From IMG/VR virus record IMGVR_UViG_3300035135_002447: a stretch of 64,000 bases of DNA; one strand, 5' to 3'. The notes beneath the pieces are model-generated. The model did not search any database. It saw only the letters and a program-made list of their open reading frames with translations, and was not told the DNA's origin. Source of the DNA: an uncultured virus (IMG/VR IMGVR_UViG_3300035135_002447). Taxonomy: Duplodnaviria; Heunggongvirae; Uroviricota; Caudoviricetes. Numbering within the stretch: position 1 is the first letter of the stretch; every line of letters begins with the position of its first letter. The position numbers and the translations under genes were made by a program. Positions 28,188 through 36,683 of the stretch are shown piece after piece.

Positions 28188-29027
28188 ATGGAAAACAATA
28201 CAAGTCCACTACAAAAATACCAAAGACAACCTAAACTGTATATTGATTTACCCAGTCAAGGTGTGTGGTATAATGAAAATGTAGTAACAAAATACAAAGA
28301 TCTTGAAGTTTATAGCATGACTGCTAATGACGAAATATCTATAAAAACACCTGACGCATTATTTTCAGGTATGACAGTTAAAACAATTATAGAAAATTGT
28401 GTTCCTAGTATTAAAGATGCATGGCATATTAATAGTATAGATCTTGACTACATACTTGCGGCAATTAGATTAGCAAGTTATGGCGACTCTATAACAATTG
28501 AAAAGAAATGCACTAAATGTGATAATGAAGATCAATACGCTATACCTGTACAACCTATGCTAGATCATTTACAAAACACAAAACCTATATTTGACATTGA
28601 GGTTGAAGGGTTTAAAATACACATTCGTCCTCTTACATACAAAGAAATTGTTGAAAACAATCAATCAAATATGCATGTGAGTAGATCTTTACGTCAAGTT
28701 TTAAAAAGTTTTGCTGATGATGATCCAAAACAAGGCGAACATGTTGAAAAAATGTACGATGAGCTCAATCAAAGAACTAAAGAAGTTGTTTGTAGAGTGA
28801 TTACTATGATTACTACTCCAGACGGAGATAACGAACAAAATCAGCAATTTATAAGAGATTTTATTTTAAACGGCGAACCTGTGTTTTATAATACAATACA
28901 AGAAAGGTTTATAAACAATAATGATTTGCTAACTTTACCTCCAACAAAGGTAGAGTGTAGTGAATGCGGTGCTGAATCGGATATCAAAACCGAACTGGAT
29001 TATTCAAATTTTTTCTCCAAAACCTAA
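28188..29027 (+). CDS. gp26: Baseplate hub assembly protein (gp26-like)
   Basis: RQPKLYIDLPSQG, MTANDEI, DLDYILAAIRLASYG, two CxxC pairs, C-terminal NFF. Confidence 0.8.
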   Translation: MENNTSPLQKYQRQPKLYIDLPSQGVWYNENVVTKYKDLEVYSMTANDEISIKTPDALFSGMTVKTIIENCVPSIKDAWHINSIDLDYILAAIRLASYGDSITIEKKCTKCDNEDQYAIPVQPMLDHLQNTKPIFDIEVEGFKIHIRPLTYKEIVENNQSNMHVSRSLRQVLKSFADDDPKQGEHVEKMYDELNQRTKEVVCRVITMITTPDGDNEQNQQFIRDFILNGEPVFYNTIQERFINNNDLLTLPPTKVECSECGAESDIKTELDYSNFFSKT

Positions 29028-29248
29028 TCCCACTCGAGGACTCTGACATACTTGAGTTTTCTAATAAACTAGACAACGAAGTAAAACAACTCAAACACGA
29101 AGTATACAAGCTGTCTTGGTATATGCGAGGTGGTGTTAGTGCTACTGTGCTGTTCAATGACACTGACGTAGAAGATTTAAAAATTCTAGGTAAAATTATT
29201 ACTGAAAATATTGAATCTACAAAGAAAAGTGGACTAAACTTAATTTAA
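29006..29248 (+). CDS. gp51-like ORF in the -1 frame, probably reached by frameshift from gp26
   Basis: Open frame 28976-29248 reads ...LEFSNKLDNEVKQLKHEVYKLSWYMRGGVS...IITENIESTKKSGLNLI*, with no ATG/GTG/TTG before 29123. Confidence 0.65.
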   Translation, partial: KFFLQNLIPLEDSDILEFSNKLDNEVKQLKHEVYKLSWYMRGGVSATVLFNDTDVEDLKILGKIITENIESTKKSGLNLI

Positions 29249-30651
29249 TCAAACTTTACATTACTCGGATTCGGCGGCAACACATCTTGTGATTGATCTG
29301 GCGGTTCTATAGTTACATCTGCTGAATTAATATTATTCCAAGCATCTTGTGTTGAACGTGTAATGTCATCTCCGTCTAGTTTTACGTGATCATCTACTGC
29401 GTCTATTGCAGTTTTGAGTACCGGAGCAGTGATGTTTTCTCTATACTTATCAGCAAGTTCTTGAGCAATAGTACCTTCAATCCTGTCATGTGCCATCATT
29501 GCCCACGGAGCCATCCATTCTTTAGCTGTTTGCATCCACATACTGCTTAAAATTGTTACTGTGGCTTGCTTTCCTACTTCTGTGTTCATTAACCATCTTA
29601 CGCCAAAGTAAATAGCTAGTTCGGTCAAAACAAATATAACTACATTTACCGCTGCGGCACCAAGTAGCCCAACACCGAGCCCAGCGGATCCTGCTCCAAA
29701 AATAACAGCGGCGCCAACAGCTCTTACGTACCTTATTAGTGCCGCGGCAGCTTTTGCAGATGATATTGCAGCATTTGTCAAAACTAACATAATAGGAGCT
29801 GTCTGCATAGCAAATATATTAACTTCCAGTACTTCGTGTGCAGCTAGCCTTTGGTTTAGTAGTCTCTGCTGTTCGGCAAAATCTATTTCACCTTCGCTGT
29901 ATCTCTTAATAACTTCTTGTTCATAAAGAAAAAGTTTTGCTCTTTCGTCTCTAAGTTTATTACGTAATTCTTCGTATGCTGGAATACTTGCTAGTCCTAG
30001 TATTCCTAAAAGTTTACCAAATGGTCCACGAGGTTTAAAAATTTGTTTTTTACCAACGTCTTGATCTTTCATTGCCTGAAGGCGTTTTTTAGGATCGTTG
30101 TCGGCATTCCGTTCTGCTCTACGTGATCGTAGAGTTTTAAGACGACCTTCCATTTGATCTATGTCATCTTGTGTAAAGTAAACTCCGTTGCGTTTTACAG
30201 GAATGCCTCTTCTAAGATCTCTTCTTTCTTTTCTTCTAAGATTCATTTCCTTTTTGGTCATTAATTCGTCAGGATCCATTTTAGCTACGTCTGCTCTAGG
30301 CTCATAACGTCCTATAGGAGTATTGCTAGTATCCGGTTTTTGAATAATAGGATCTTTACTTCCAGCCGAAGTTGGTACGGTGCCAGATCTAAGATTTCCT
30401 CCACCGTCAAAATCTAAACGTGGCATTCCTTTTGCAGTTCTAGCTGAATTTACAAAGCCACCTCTATATTTTTTTGGAATAGGTCCTTTTCTAATATCAG
30501 GAAACTCTTTTTTTGCTTGAGGAGAAATATCAGTAACAACAAAAGTATTACCAGCCCATCTAGCAGTGATTCCTTTCCACTTGGCGATATCGCCAGTGTC
30601 TAATTCGAAAGCACCTACATTTTCAACGAGTATTTCATTTATTGCTACCAT
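29245..30651 (-). CDS. Hypothetical late protein with a basic region and a Gly/Ala-rich hydrophobic hairpin; possible internal/ejected virion protein
   Basis: 468 aa; TAAATA at 30676-30681; N-terminal INEILVE; segment AVGAAVIFGAGSAGLGVGLLGAAAVNVVIFVL. Confidence 0.6.
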   Translation of the reverse strand: MVAINEILVENVGAFELDTGDIAKWKGITARWAGNTFVVTDISPQAKKEFPDIRKGPIPKKYRGGFVNSARTAKGMPRLDFDGGGNLRSGTVPTSAGSKDPIIQKPDTSNTPIGRYEPRADVAKMDPDELMTKKEMNLRRKERRDLRRGIPVKRNGVYFTQDDIDQMEGRLKTLRSRRAERNADNDPKKRLQAMKDQDVGKKQIFKPRGPFGKLLGILGLASIPAYEELRNKLRDERAKLFLYEQEVIKRYSEGEIDFAEQQRLLNQRLAAHEVLEVNIFAMQTAPIMLVLTNAAISSAKAAAALIRYVRAVGAAVIFGAGSAGLGVGLLGAAAVNVVIFVLTELAIYFGVRWLMNTEVGKQATVTILSSMWMQTAKEWMAPWAMMAHDRIEGTIAQELADKYRENITAPVLKTAIDAVDDHVKLDGDDITRSTQDAWNNINSADVTIEPPDQSQDVLPPNPSNVKFD

Positions 30652-30688
30652 CTGAATATTCCTTTGTAATAAGTGTATTTATTATTTA

Positions 30689-30790
30689 TTGTTTCGTTTC
30701 ACGAAACAAGTTTTCGCTAACGCTCAAACTAAACACTTCGTTTGTTTGATATAATTTATGAAGAAACACATTAACACGAAGTGTTAATGT
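30689..30790. repeat. Cluster of three AT-rich inverted repeats
   Basis: TTGTTTCGT-TTC-ACGAAACAA; TCAAACtAAAC-ACTTC-GTTTGTTTGA; ACATTAACAC-GAA-GTGTTAATGT. Confidence 0.75.
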
Positions 30791-30794
30791 TTAA

Positions 30795-31172
30795 GTTTCA
30801 TGTAGATTGTTTCAGTCAGACGGAACCTGTTACGGTTCCATCAAACTCAAGAAAATGCTTCATGTGAGTCCGCTCCAGCCGAGACTTGGAAGTAGGTGTT
30901 TTCTGCTGTACAATGGGCTCTGACCTTTCCCAACCTACGTCGACATATGTAACATATAGAGTGCATAAGACGGTCTTATGCTTTCTGTATAATACATTAC
31001 CCGTTGCTTCGTTCCTGTGCATACGGTTTTTATGTACATTGCAGTTTTTCGACAGCCAACATTCCATCTATGCCAATCAAACACCCTACTACCGGATGCC
31101 GCTCAGCATGTTACGTGTGCTCCTATACGGATGCTTTTTCCACAGCGGTATTTCTAGTCTGGCCCGCTAACC
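30795..31172 (-). ncRNA. Candidate large structured ncRNA (~370 nt)
   Basis: Begins at the GIY-YIG stop codon; GC-richer than its flanks; at least 10 helices seen by eye, including a long-range pseudoknot; overlapping ORFs look spurious. Confidence 0.6.
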
Positions 31173-31622
31173 TTATGTGTTGGATTGTTTTGCCTGTATG
31201 GTGTGTTCTAGCAATGCCTTACGCAATTTATCGGAACCGCCAACTCTAACATTAATAATTCCATTGTAATACTCATCCGTCTCTAACACACGGCGGTCAA
31301 ATTGCTCTCTAGCCTCAATATATGACATTTCACCTCTGCCTTTGCAAAGGTAAAGTATTTCTCTTGTAAAATTTTCTGCGCCTAGTGCTTCAACATCAGC
31401 TTGTAGTCTATCAGATGAACCCCAATAGTCTCGCCAATCACTTTCTTTGTAGCCTCTGCGTTTATTTTTCTTGCCTTTGAGAGGTGGCTTTGTGGTTTTA
31501 AACTTTGCTAGTTTCTTGCCTATATACTTTTGCTCTGTTTTTTTATTAGTAATAAGGTAAACAAATCCTTCATACTCTTCAGGTATCACATCAATTTGTT
31601 TTCCTTTGTAAGTCCAGTGCAT
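31173..31622 (-). CDS. Minimal GIY-YIG (Seg/EndoII-like) nuclease-family protein
   Basis: GFVYLITN...KYIGKK, YWGSS, FTREIL, E(AREQ) and YYNG motifs; 149 aa with no extra DNA-binding domain. Confidence 0.8.
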   Translation of the reverse strand: MHWTYKGKQIDVIPEEYEGFVYLITNKKTEQKYIGKKLAKFKTTKPPLKGKKNKRRGYKESDWRDYWGSSDRLQADVEALGAENFTREILYLCKGRGEMSYIEAREQFDRRVLETDEYYNGIINVRVGGSDKLRKALLEHTIQAKQSNT

Positions 31623-31648
31623 GAACTTACTTACCGATGCCTTTTATT

Positions 31649-31849
31649 TTATTTTTCTTTTCTGGTTTCTCGTGTAGTTTGATGCTTGTTGTGTATCTCG
31701 TCAGCACGTTCTTTTGCTAATGCTCGTATGTCTCGTAGACATTTTCTAACATAGCGATGTGTTCGTACTGAATTACGTTGCTCAAACTTTTCGTTTGCTT
31801 TAAAATATTCTAAGTATGCCTGTACTAGTTGATCGTGTGTATCATCCAT
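31649..31849 (-). CDS. Hypothetical protein
   Basis: 66-aa helical ORF abutting gp46. Confidence 0.65.
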   Translation of the reverse strand: MDDTHDQLVQAYLEYFKANEKFEQRNSVRTHRYVRKCLRDIRALAKERADEIHNKHQTTRETRKEK

Positions 31850-31850
31850 T

Positions 31851-33623
31851 TTATTCTACTATATCAATATCATTTGCGTAACTTGTAAATCCGTTTTCTT
31901 TTACTACTTTGAGTACATGATTAACTCTACCTACTAATTCGTCTTTGTGACTAATCAAATATATGTTTTTATCACGTTCTCTACCCATTTTCTTTAGTAC
32001 TCCTAAAGAGTTTTCAACACCAGCAGTATCCATACCACTGTCAATTAACTCATCAATAAACAACAAGTTAATATTTTGATACAAACTTTCCCAAACATCT
32101 CGGAATGCAAAGCTCATACCAAGTATAAGTCTATTTCTTTCACCTCGACTTAAATTATCAAAGTCTAGATCTTGTCCTAGTTGTGTAATTTCAACAACAA
32201 GATCATTTTGGAATACAACTTGATGAGGTAAACCGAGTTTATCTAAGTAATAAGTTAGTCTGTTGTTTAGATATGCTAAATTTTGTTCAATTATTTTCTT
32301 ACGTATAAACGAATCTTTATTTGTTAACAATTTAAATAAGAATTCTTGATGATCTTTGTAATTTGTTAGATCATTAACTGGCATCCAGTCAACTTCTTGT
32401 ATTGCAGATTCATTCAATTCGTCAATTTGTGCCTGGTAAGGATCATCTTCTGCGTTTTTATTCTCTAATGATTGTTTTAGATTGTCTAGATTGCTTCTAT
32501 GATCGTATGCTTCTCTTGCAGTTTCATAAAATGTGTTAGGCCGACCGTTAATATTACCAATATCATCTAGTTGTTTAATAATATCTTCTAGTTTACCTGC
32601 AACTTCGGTTTGATATGCCAGTGCATCGTTTAATTCTTTTGTCTTTCTTGACTCTATTTCGGCCTTTTTCTCCTCGTGAAGCTCTTGCCCACAAGCATAA
32701 CATGTTGCATCTTCAAGATTTGCGATGTCTTTTTCTGCCTTTTCAACAGAACCGGTGGCACGTAATAGTGCAGAGTCTAATGTGCTTTTTTCTTTATTAA
32801 GAGCCAAAATAGCATTGTTCATTTCTGTCCAGTTTGCTAATTTTTCATGTGAATCAAGCTCTTGATCAATGTCAACTTTCTCTAGTTCTTCTATTGCTTT
32901 TACTAAATTTTCTAAGTCTTTTTGTTTTTTAGCCAGCCATGCTTTTTGATTACTTTTTAAACTAGTAATAGTTGTTTCAATTTTACTATTTGCAGCTTGT
33001 ATGGCTTCAATTTTAAGTGTTTCTTGTGTGATTGCTTCTTTTGTATTTCGAATACCTTCTTTTAATGCCTCTGCTTTTTCAGAAAGTATAGTTATACCTA
33101 ATAGTTGTTCAATAATAGCACGTTGATCGTTTGTACGCATACTCAAAAATGGTTCTGAGTATGTGTTGAGTGCTAAAATATGTTTGAACATGTCATGACT
33201 CATACCTAACAAGTCGTTGATAGACTCCTGTGTCTTACGACTATCTCCTTGACTTTCGTCTTTTATGTCCTGCTCTTGATCGTTAATGAAAAATTTAAGT
33301 ACATTAGGAGAGCGACCTCGCTCAATCCTATAATCTACTCCATCTTTTTCAAAATGTAAAGTGACTAACATACCTTTAGAATTAGTCTTGTTAATAAGAT
33401 TATTCCTTTTGATGTTAGTCAGTGCTTGGCCGTACAGTGCATACGACAATGCATTGATTATTGTCGTTTTACCTGTACCGTTACGACTACCAGAATCGTC
33501 ACCTCCTTGATCTAAGTTTTCGCCAAGCACAAGTGTGAGCTGTTCACTATTAAAATCAACAGCTTGTGTTTGATTTCCTACACTCATAAAGTTTTTTACT
33601 GTAAGATCTTTTATTTTTATCAT
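31851..33623 (-). CDS. gp46: Recombination endonuclease ATPase subunit (Rad50/SbcC-like)
   Basis: KNFMS, Walker A NGTGKT, CYAC zinc hook, LSRGE signature, LFIDE, ISH. Confidence 0.93.
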   Translation of the reverse strand: MIKIKDLTVKNFMSVGNQTQAVDFNSEQLTLVLGENLDQGGDDSGSRNGTGKTTIINALSYALYGQALTNIKRNNLINKTNSKGMLVTLHFEKDGVDYRIERGRSPNVLKFFINDQEQDIKDESQGDSRKTQESINDLLGMSHDMFKHILALNTYSEPFLSMRTNDQRAIIEQLLGITILSEKAEALKEGIRNTKEAITQETLKIEAIQAANSKIETTITSLKSNQKAWLAKKQKDLENLVKAIEELEKVDIDQELDSHEKLANWTEMNNAILALNKEKSTLDSALLRATGSVEKAEKDIANLEDATCYACGQELHEEKKAEIESRKTKELNDALAYQTEVAGKLEDIIKQLDDIGNINGRPNTFYETAREAYDHRSNLDNLKQSLENKNAEDDPYQAQIDELNESAIQEVDWMPVNDLTNYKDHQEFLFKLLTNKDSFIRKKIIEQNLAYLNNRLTYYLDKLGLPHQVVFQNDLVVEITQLGQDLDFDNLSRGERNRLILGMSFAFRDVWESLYQNINLLFIDELIDSGMDTAGVENSLGVLKKMGRERDKNIYLISHKDELVGRVNHVLKVVKENGFTSYANDIDIVE

Positions 33624-34634
33624 TTATAACTCGTTGTATATGTCCAGTAACAATTTTTTGTCAAAGTTGTCACTATCTATTGCAGTAATTTCGTTGCTTA
33701 CTATTTGATCTACACTTTCAAATTGCGTAATATCTAAATCGGTAGTAATTTCTTCAATTTGTTTTTGTGGTATTAGAGTGATTTCTCTACAGTTATTCTG
33801 AGCAATGTAAGTTTCTTTTATGAATTGTGCTTCTTCGTAACTAATTGGCACATCAATAGTTACACGTAAGTACATTTTAGGTTTAATAATATTAGCATCA
33901 GGATCTAATAGTTGAGAAAGTTTTACCGTACGGTATTTTGGACAGTTCCACCAATTGATATACTCTGGTTCTTTGCCGTTTTCGCGATCTAGAATCATCA
34001 TACCACGTTCGTCATCGCCGGCATCTGCATAGTTGTGTGGAAATGCATTACCTATGTAATGAATTTTGCCTTTTACTTGACGTTTATGAAAGTGTCCAGA
34101 GAATACATAGTCCTGGTGTTTAAAATGTTCGGCACGTAAATCGCCATGTTCTGGCATCTGTACCATTGCATTCATATAAAAGTGAGGTAATTCAAAATGA
34201 CCAAACATATATTTGGATTTAATTTTTTCTATCTTTTGCCATTCATCGCCTACTAACCACGGAACCATTGCAACGTCATCGTTTTCGATAATTTTGTCAA
34301 CAACAGTTACGCCAGGGATATGCCTTGCAAATTCTGTTGAAGTAACATCACGTTTATCTTTGTAGTACAAGTCATGATTGCCTGCAAACATATAAAATTG
34401 TTCAAATGAACTACCTAGTTTTTCTAAACTACGTATGGTTGCATCCATTGTGGTAAGATTAAGACTGTTACGATTATGGTGCCAGTCACCACAAAAGATT
34501 GCAGTTTCGCAATTATTTTCTTTTGCTTGTTCAATAAACCAATCTACAAATTCTTCACAATCATCGTTATGTACTCTACTATTTCCTTTTAATCCAAAGT
34601 GGATATCTGTAAAGACTGCTGCTTTTTTAAACAA
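33624..34634 (-). CDS. gp47: Recombination endonuclease nuclease subunit (Mre11/SbcD-like), TTG start
   Basis: TDIHFG, GDWHH, GNHD, GHFE and SGHFH phosphoesterase motifs. Confidence 0.93.
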   Translation of the reverse strand: MFKKAAVFTDIHFGLKGNSRVHNDDCEEFVDWFIEQAKENNCETAIFCGDWHHNRNSLNLTTMDATIRSLEKLGSSFEQFYMFAGNHDLYYKDKRDVTSTEFARHIPGVTVVDKIIENDDVAMVPWLVGDEWQKIEKIKSKYMFGHFELPHFYMNAMVQMPEHGDLRAEHFKHQDYVFSGHFHKRQVKGKIHYIGNAFPHNYADAGDDERGMMILDRENGKEPEYINWWNCPKYRTVKLSQLLDPDANIIKPKMYLRVTIDVPISYEEAQFIKETYIAQNNCREITLIPQKQIEEITTDLDITQFESVDQIVSNEITAIDSDNFDKKLLLDIYNEL

Positions 34635-34662
34635 ATTGTTTATCCTCTAATTTGACTGTAGT

Positions 34663-34691
34663 ATTATAACAAAGTTTTTTACATAGAGCAA
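34663..34691 (-). promoter_or_regulatory. Sigma70-type promoter for gp47/gp46
   Basis: TTGCTC-17 nt-TATAAT with a TG extension. Confidence 0.65.
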
Positions 34692-34699
34692 GAGATTTT

Positions 34700-35521
34700 T
34701 TATGTTTTTTCTTTCTCTCTACGCAATGCCGCTTCCCATTCACCTGCATGTTGCCTTGTATAGCTAGGATTCATATCATTCATCTCTAAAATATCATCTC
34801 TAATGTTTTGATTACGTTTTTCTAAGTTAATAACACGAACAAATGAATTTGTAACTGCGGCAGTGTAGTATGCAAATGGATTATTTGATTTAGATTCATC
34901 AAACTGTAACCCAATCTGTGAAAGTTGCAGTATAGCCTGGCCCTTCATTTCGTCATTGTAGGTATAACCACGCACATTTCCTCTTGTAGCATATCTACCT
35001 ACTAGTTTCATCCACATCATAGCAAGTTTATCTGTAGCTCTTGCATGTTTCATGCTAAAGTTACCGTTTTCCATACCGCCTTCCCAATGACTTTTACCTA
35101 CACACACTAACTCACCTTCTTCGTTAAATTTGTAGTGTTGAAAAGGGGGAAAATTTACTTTAACTTTTGTGTCTGCAATAGTTTTTGGATTTTTCTTTCG
35201 ACCAGGTTCTTCTGGAATGTGGTCAAATGTCATTATTCTAAAAATAAGTTCTTCTTTAGTAATGGTTCTGTAGTCAATTTCGCAGTCTGCTTGTTTAACT
35301 TTTTCTCCTGCCATCTTTCTTTGTTCGTAATCTGCTTGAGATAGTCTTTTTGCTTTGTTTCTTTTGGCTTCTGCAACAGTTCTTATGTTAATTTTGTCTA
35401 TACTTGGTAAAATAATATCAAATTGATGGTAATCTTGGTCTATAAAACTGCAAAATCTGCTTTTTGACTTGTGTATTTCCTTTAAAAGGTCTTTGTTGTT
35501 AAGATAATTTTGTTTCCTCAT
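34700..35521 (-). CDS. gp55: Late-transcription sigma factor
   Basis: NYLNNKDLL, GYTYNDEM, FDESKSNNPFAYYT and NSFVRVINLEKR motifs. Confidence 0.9.
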   Translation of the reverse strand: MRKQNYLNNKDLLKEIHKSKSRFCSFIDQDYHQFDIILPSIDKINIRTVAEAKRNKAKRLSQADYEQRKMAGEKVKQADCEIDYRTITKEELIFRIMTFDHIPEEPGRKKNPKTIADTKVKVNFPPFQHYKFNEEGELVCVGKSHWEGGMENGNFSMKHARATDKLAMMWMKLVGRYATRGNVRGYTYNDEMKGQAILQLSQIGLQFDESKSNNPFAYYTAAVTNSFVRVINLEKRNQNIRDDILEMNDMNPSYTRQHAGEWEAALRREKEKT

Positions 35522-35544
35522 CGGATCTCCTGAATTTATATAAC

Positions 35545-35573
35545 ATTATAATATACGTAGATAATTTTGTCAA
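35545..35573 (-). promoter_or_regulatory. Perfect-consensus sigma70 promoter for gp55
   Basis: TTGACA-17 nt-TATAAT. Confidence 0.85.
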
Positions 35574-35574
35574 C

Positions 35575-35580
35575 TAAATA
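35575..35580 (+). promoter_or_regulatory. Late promoter box (TAAATA) for the baseplate operon
   Basis: acTAAATAct upstream of the GGAGA SD. Confidence 0.7.
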
Positions 35581-35598
35581 CTAGTGGAGAATATAAAT

Positions 35599-36378
35599 AT
35601 GGCTGTAAACAATCCAAAAGCAAGTTTAGAAAATTTAATTGGTAGTTCTGTACCCGATGGATCAGGAGTCAATAACGCATCTCCTAATTCACCTACAGAT
35701 GCTAGATCAAGAAGATTAGGAAATCTTCCTGAAAATGCTGTTCCTACTAATGACTTAAATTTTGTTGAAGCAAATTGGCAAACTAAACAAAATCTCGATT
35801 GGAGAGTACGTTTATCTTTACCAAATAACTTTAGAAACAGCAATTTAATGACACCTTTGTTAGAAACAGACGGTTTAATGTTTCCTTATACACCTCAAAT
35901 AGTTTTGGAACACCAAGCAAACTACAACGCTTTACATCCTACACATAGTAATTATCCTTTTCCTGCTTATCAGAACTCAGCTGTGAGTTCGATGACAATT
36001 ATTGGAGAATTTTTAGTAGAAAATGCACAAGAGGCAGCTTACTGGGTTGCAGCTGTACACTATTTGCGTAGTGTAACAAAAATGGCCTATGGTAAAACAA
36101 GTAATCAAGGGTCGCCGCCTCCAGTAGTTAAATTAAACGGATATGGTGATTATGTTTTTAATAATGTTCCTGTAACAATTACTTACTTTTCGGTTGATTT
36201 ACCTAGTGATGTTGATTACATGCAAGTGCAAGTTGGACAAAATGGAACTTGGGTACCAACAAGAAGTCAGATAAATGTTCAGGCACAACCTACTTACAGC
36301 AGATCCAGTGTAACTAAATTTAGTTTAGATAAATTTATCAGTGGCGAATACGTAATAAACAAAAAAGGGTTTATCTAA
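35599..36378 (+). CDS. Baseplate/tail-tube junction protein (gp48/gp54-like)
   Basis: FPYTPQI, GSPPPVVKLNGYG and NVPVTITYFSVDLP motifs; ATG at 35599 follows the GGAGA SD. Confidence 0.7.
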   Translation: MAVNNPKASLENLIGSSVPDGSGVNNASPNSPTDARSRRLGNLPENAVPTNDLNFVEANWQTKQNLDWRVRLSLPNNFRNSNLMTPLLETDGLMFPYTPQIVLEHQANYNALHPTHSNYPFPAYQNSAVSSMTIIGEFLVENAQEAAYWVAAVHYLRSVTKMAYGKTSNQGSPPPVVKLNGYGDYVFNNVPVTITYFSVDLPSDVDYMQVQVGQNGTWVPTRSQINVQAQPTYSRSSVTKFSLDKFISGEYVINKKGFI

Positions 36379-36680
36379 TGGCAGAGTACGGAACTTCAAG
36401 TCCATATGCAAAGACACCAATATTCCAAGAAAATTATTTAGATATTTTGGAAATTAGACCAGTGCCTGCATCTGACGATGACATACTTTATGAAATTAAA
36501 CCTCAATATGCTTACAGACCAGATCTACTTGCTCACGATTTATATGGCGACAAAAATTTGTGGTGGATATTTGCCCAAAGGAATATGGATATACTAAAAG
36601 ATCCTGTAAATGATTTTGCACCAGGTACTAGAATTTATCTACCTAGGGGAGATGAGCTTACTAAAAGCATAGGATTTTAA
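36378..36680 (+). CDS. gp53: Baseplate wedge protein, LysM-like
   Basis: YRPDLLAHDLYGDKNLWWIFAQRN...GTRIYLP. Confidence 0.8.
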   Translation: MAEYGTSSPYAKTPIFQENYLDILEIRPVPASDDDILYEIKPQYAYRPDLLAHDLYGDKNLWWIFAQRNMDILKDPVNDFAPGTRIYLPRGDELTKSIGF

Positions 36681-36683
36681 TTT

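Noticed and set aside
30860..31172. RNase P RNA or self-splicing intron identity for the large RNA
   Set aside because: GGGAAAGGTC and CTCGGCT only loosely recall RNase P P4, no interrupted host gene flanks it, and I found no group II domain V or group I core by eye.
30816..31249. Three overlapping 81-94 aa ORFs
   Set aside because: They are Cys-rich, have atypical composition, overlap each other and lack SDs. Structured RNA explains the region better, though a small peptide cannot be excluded.
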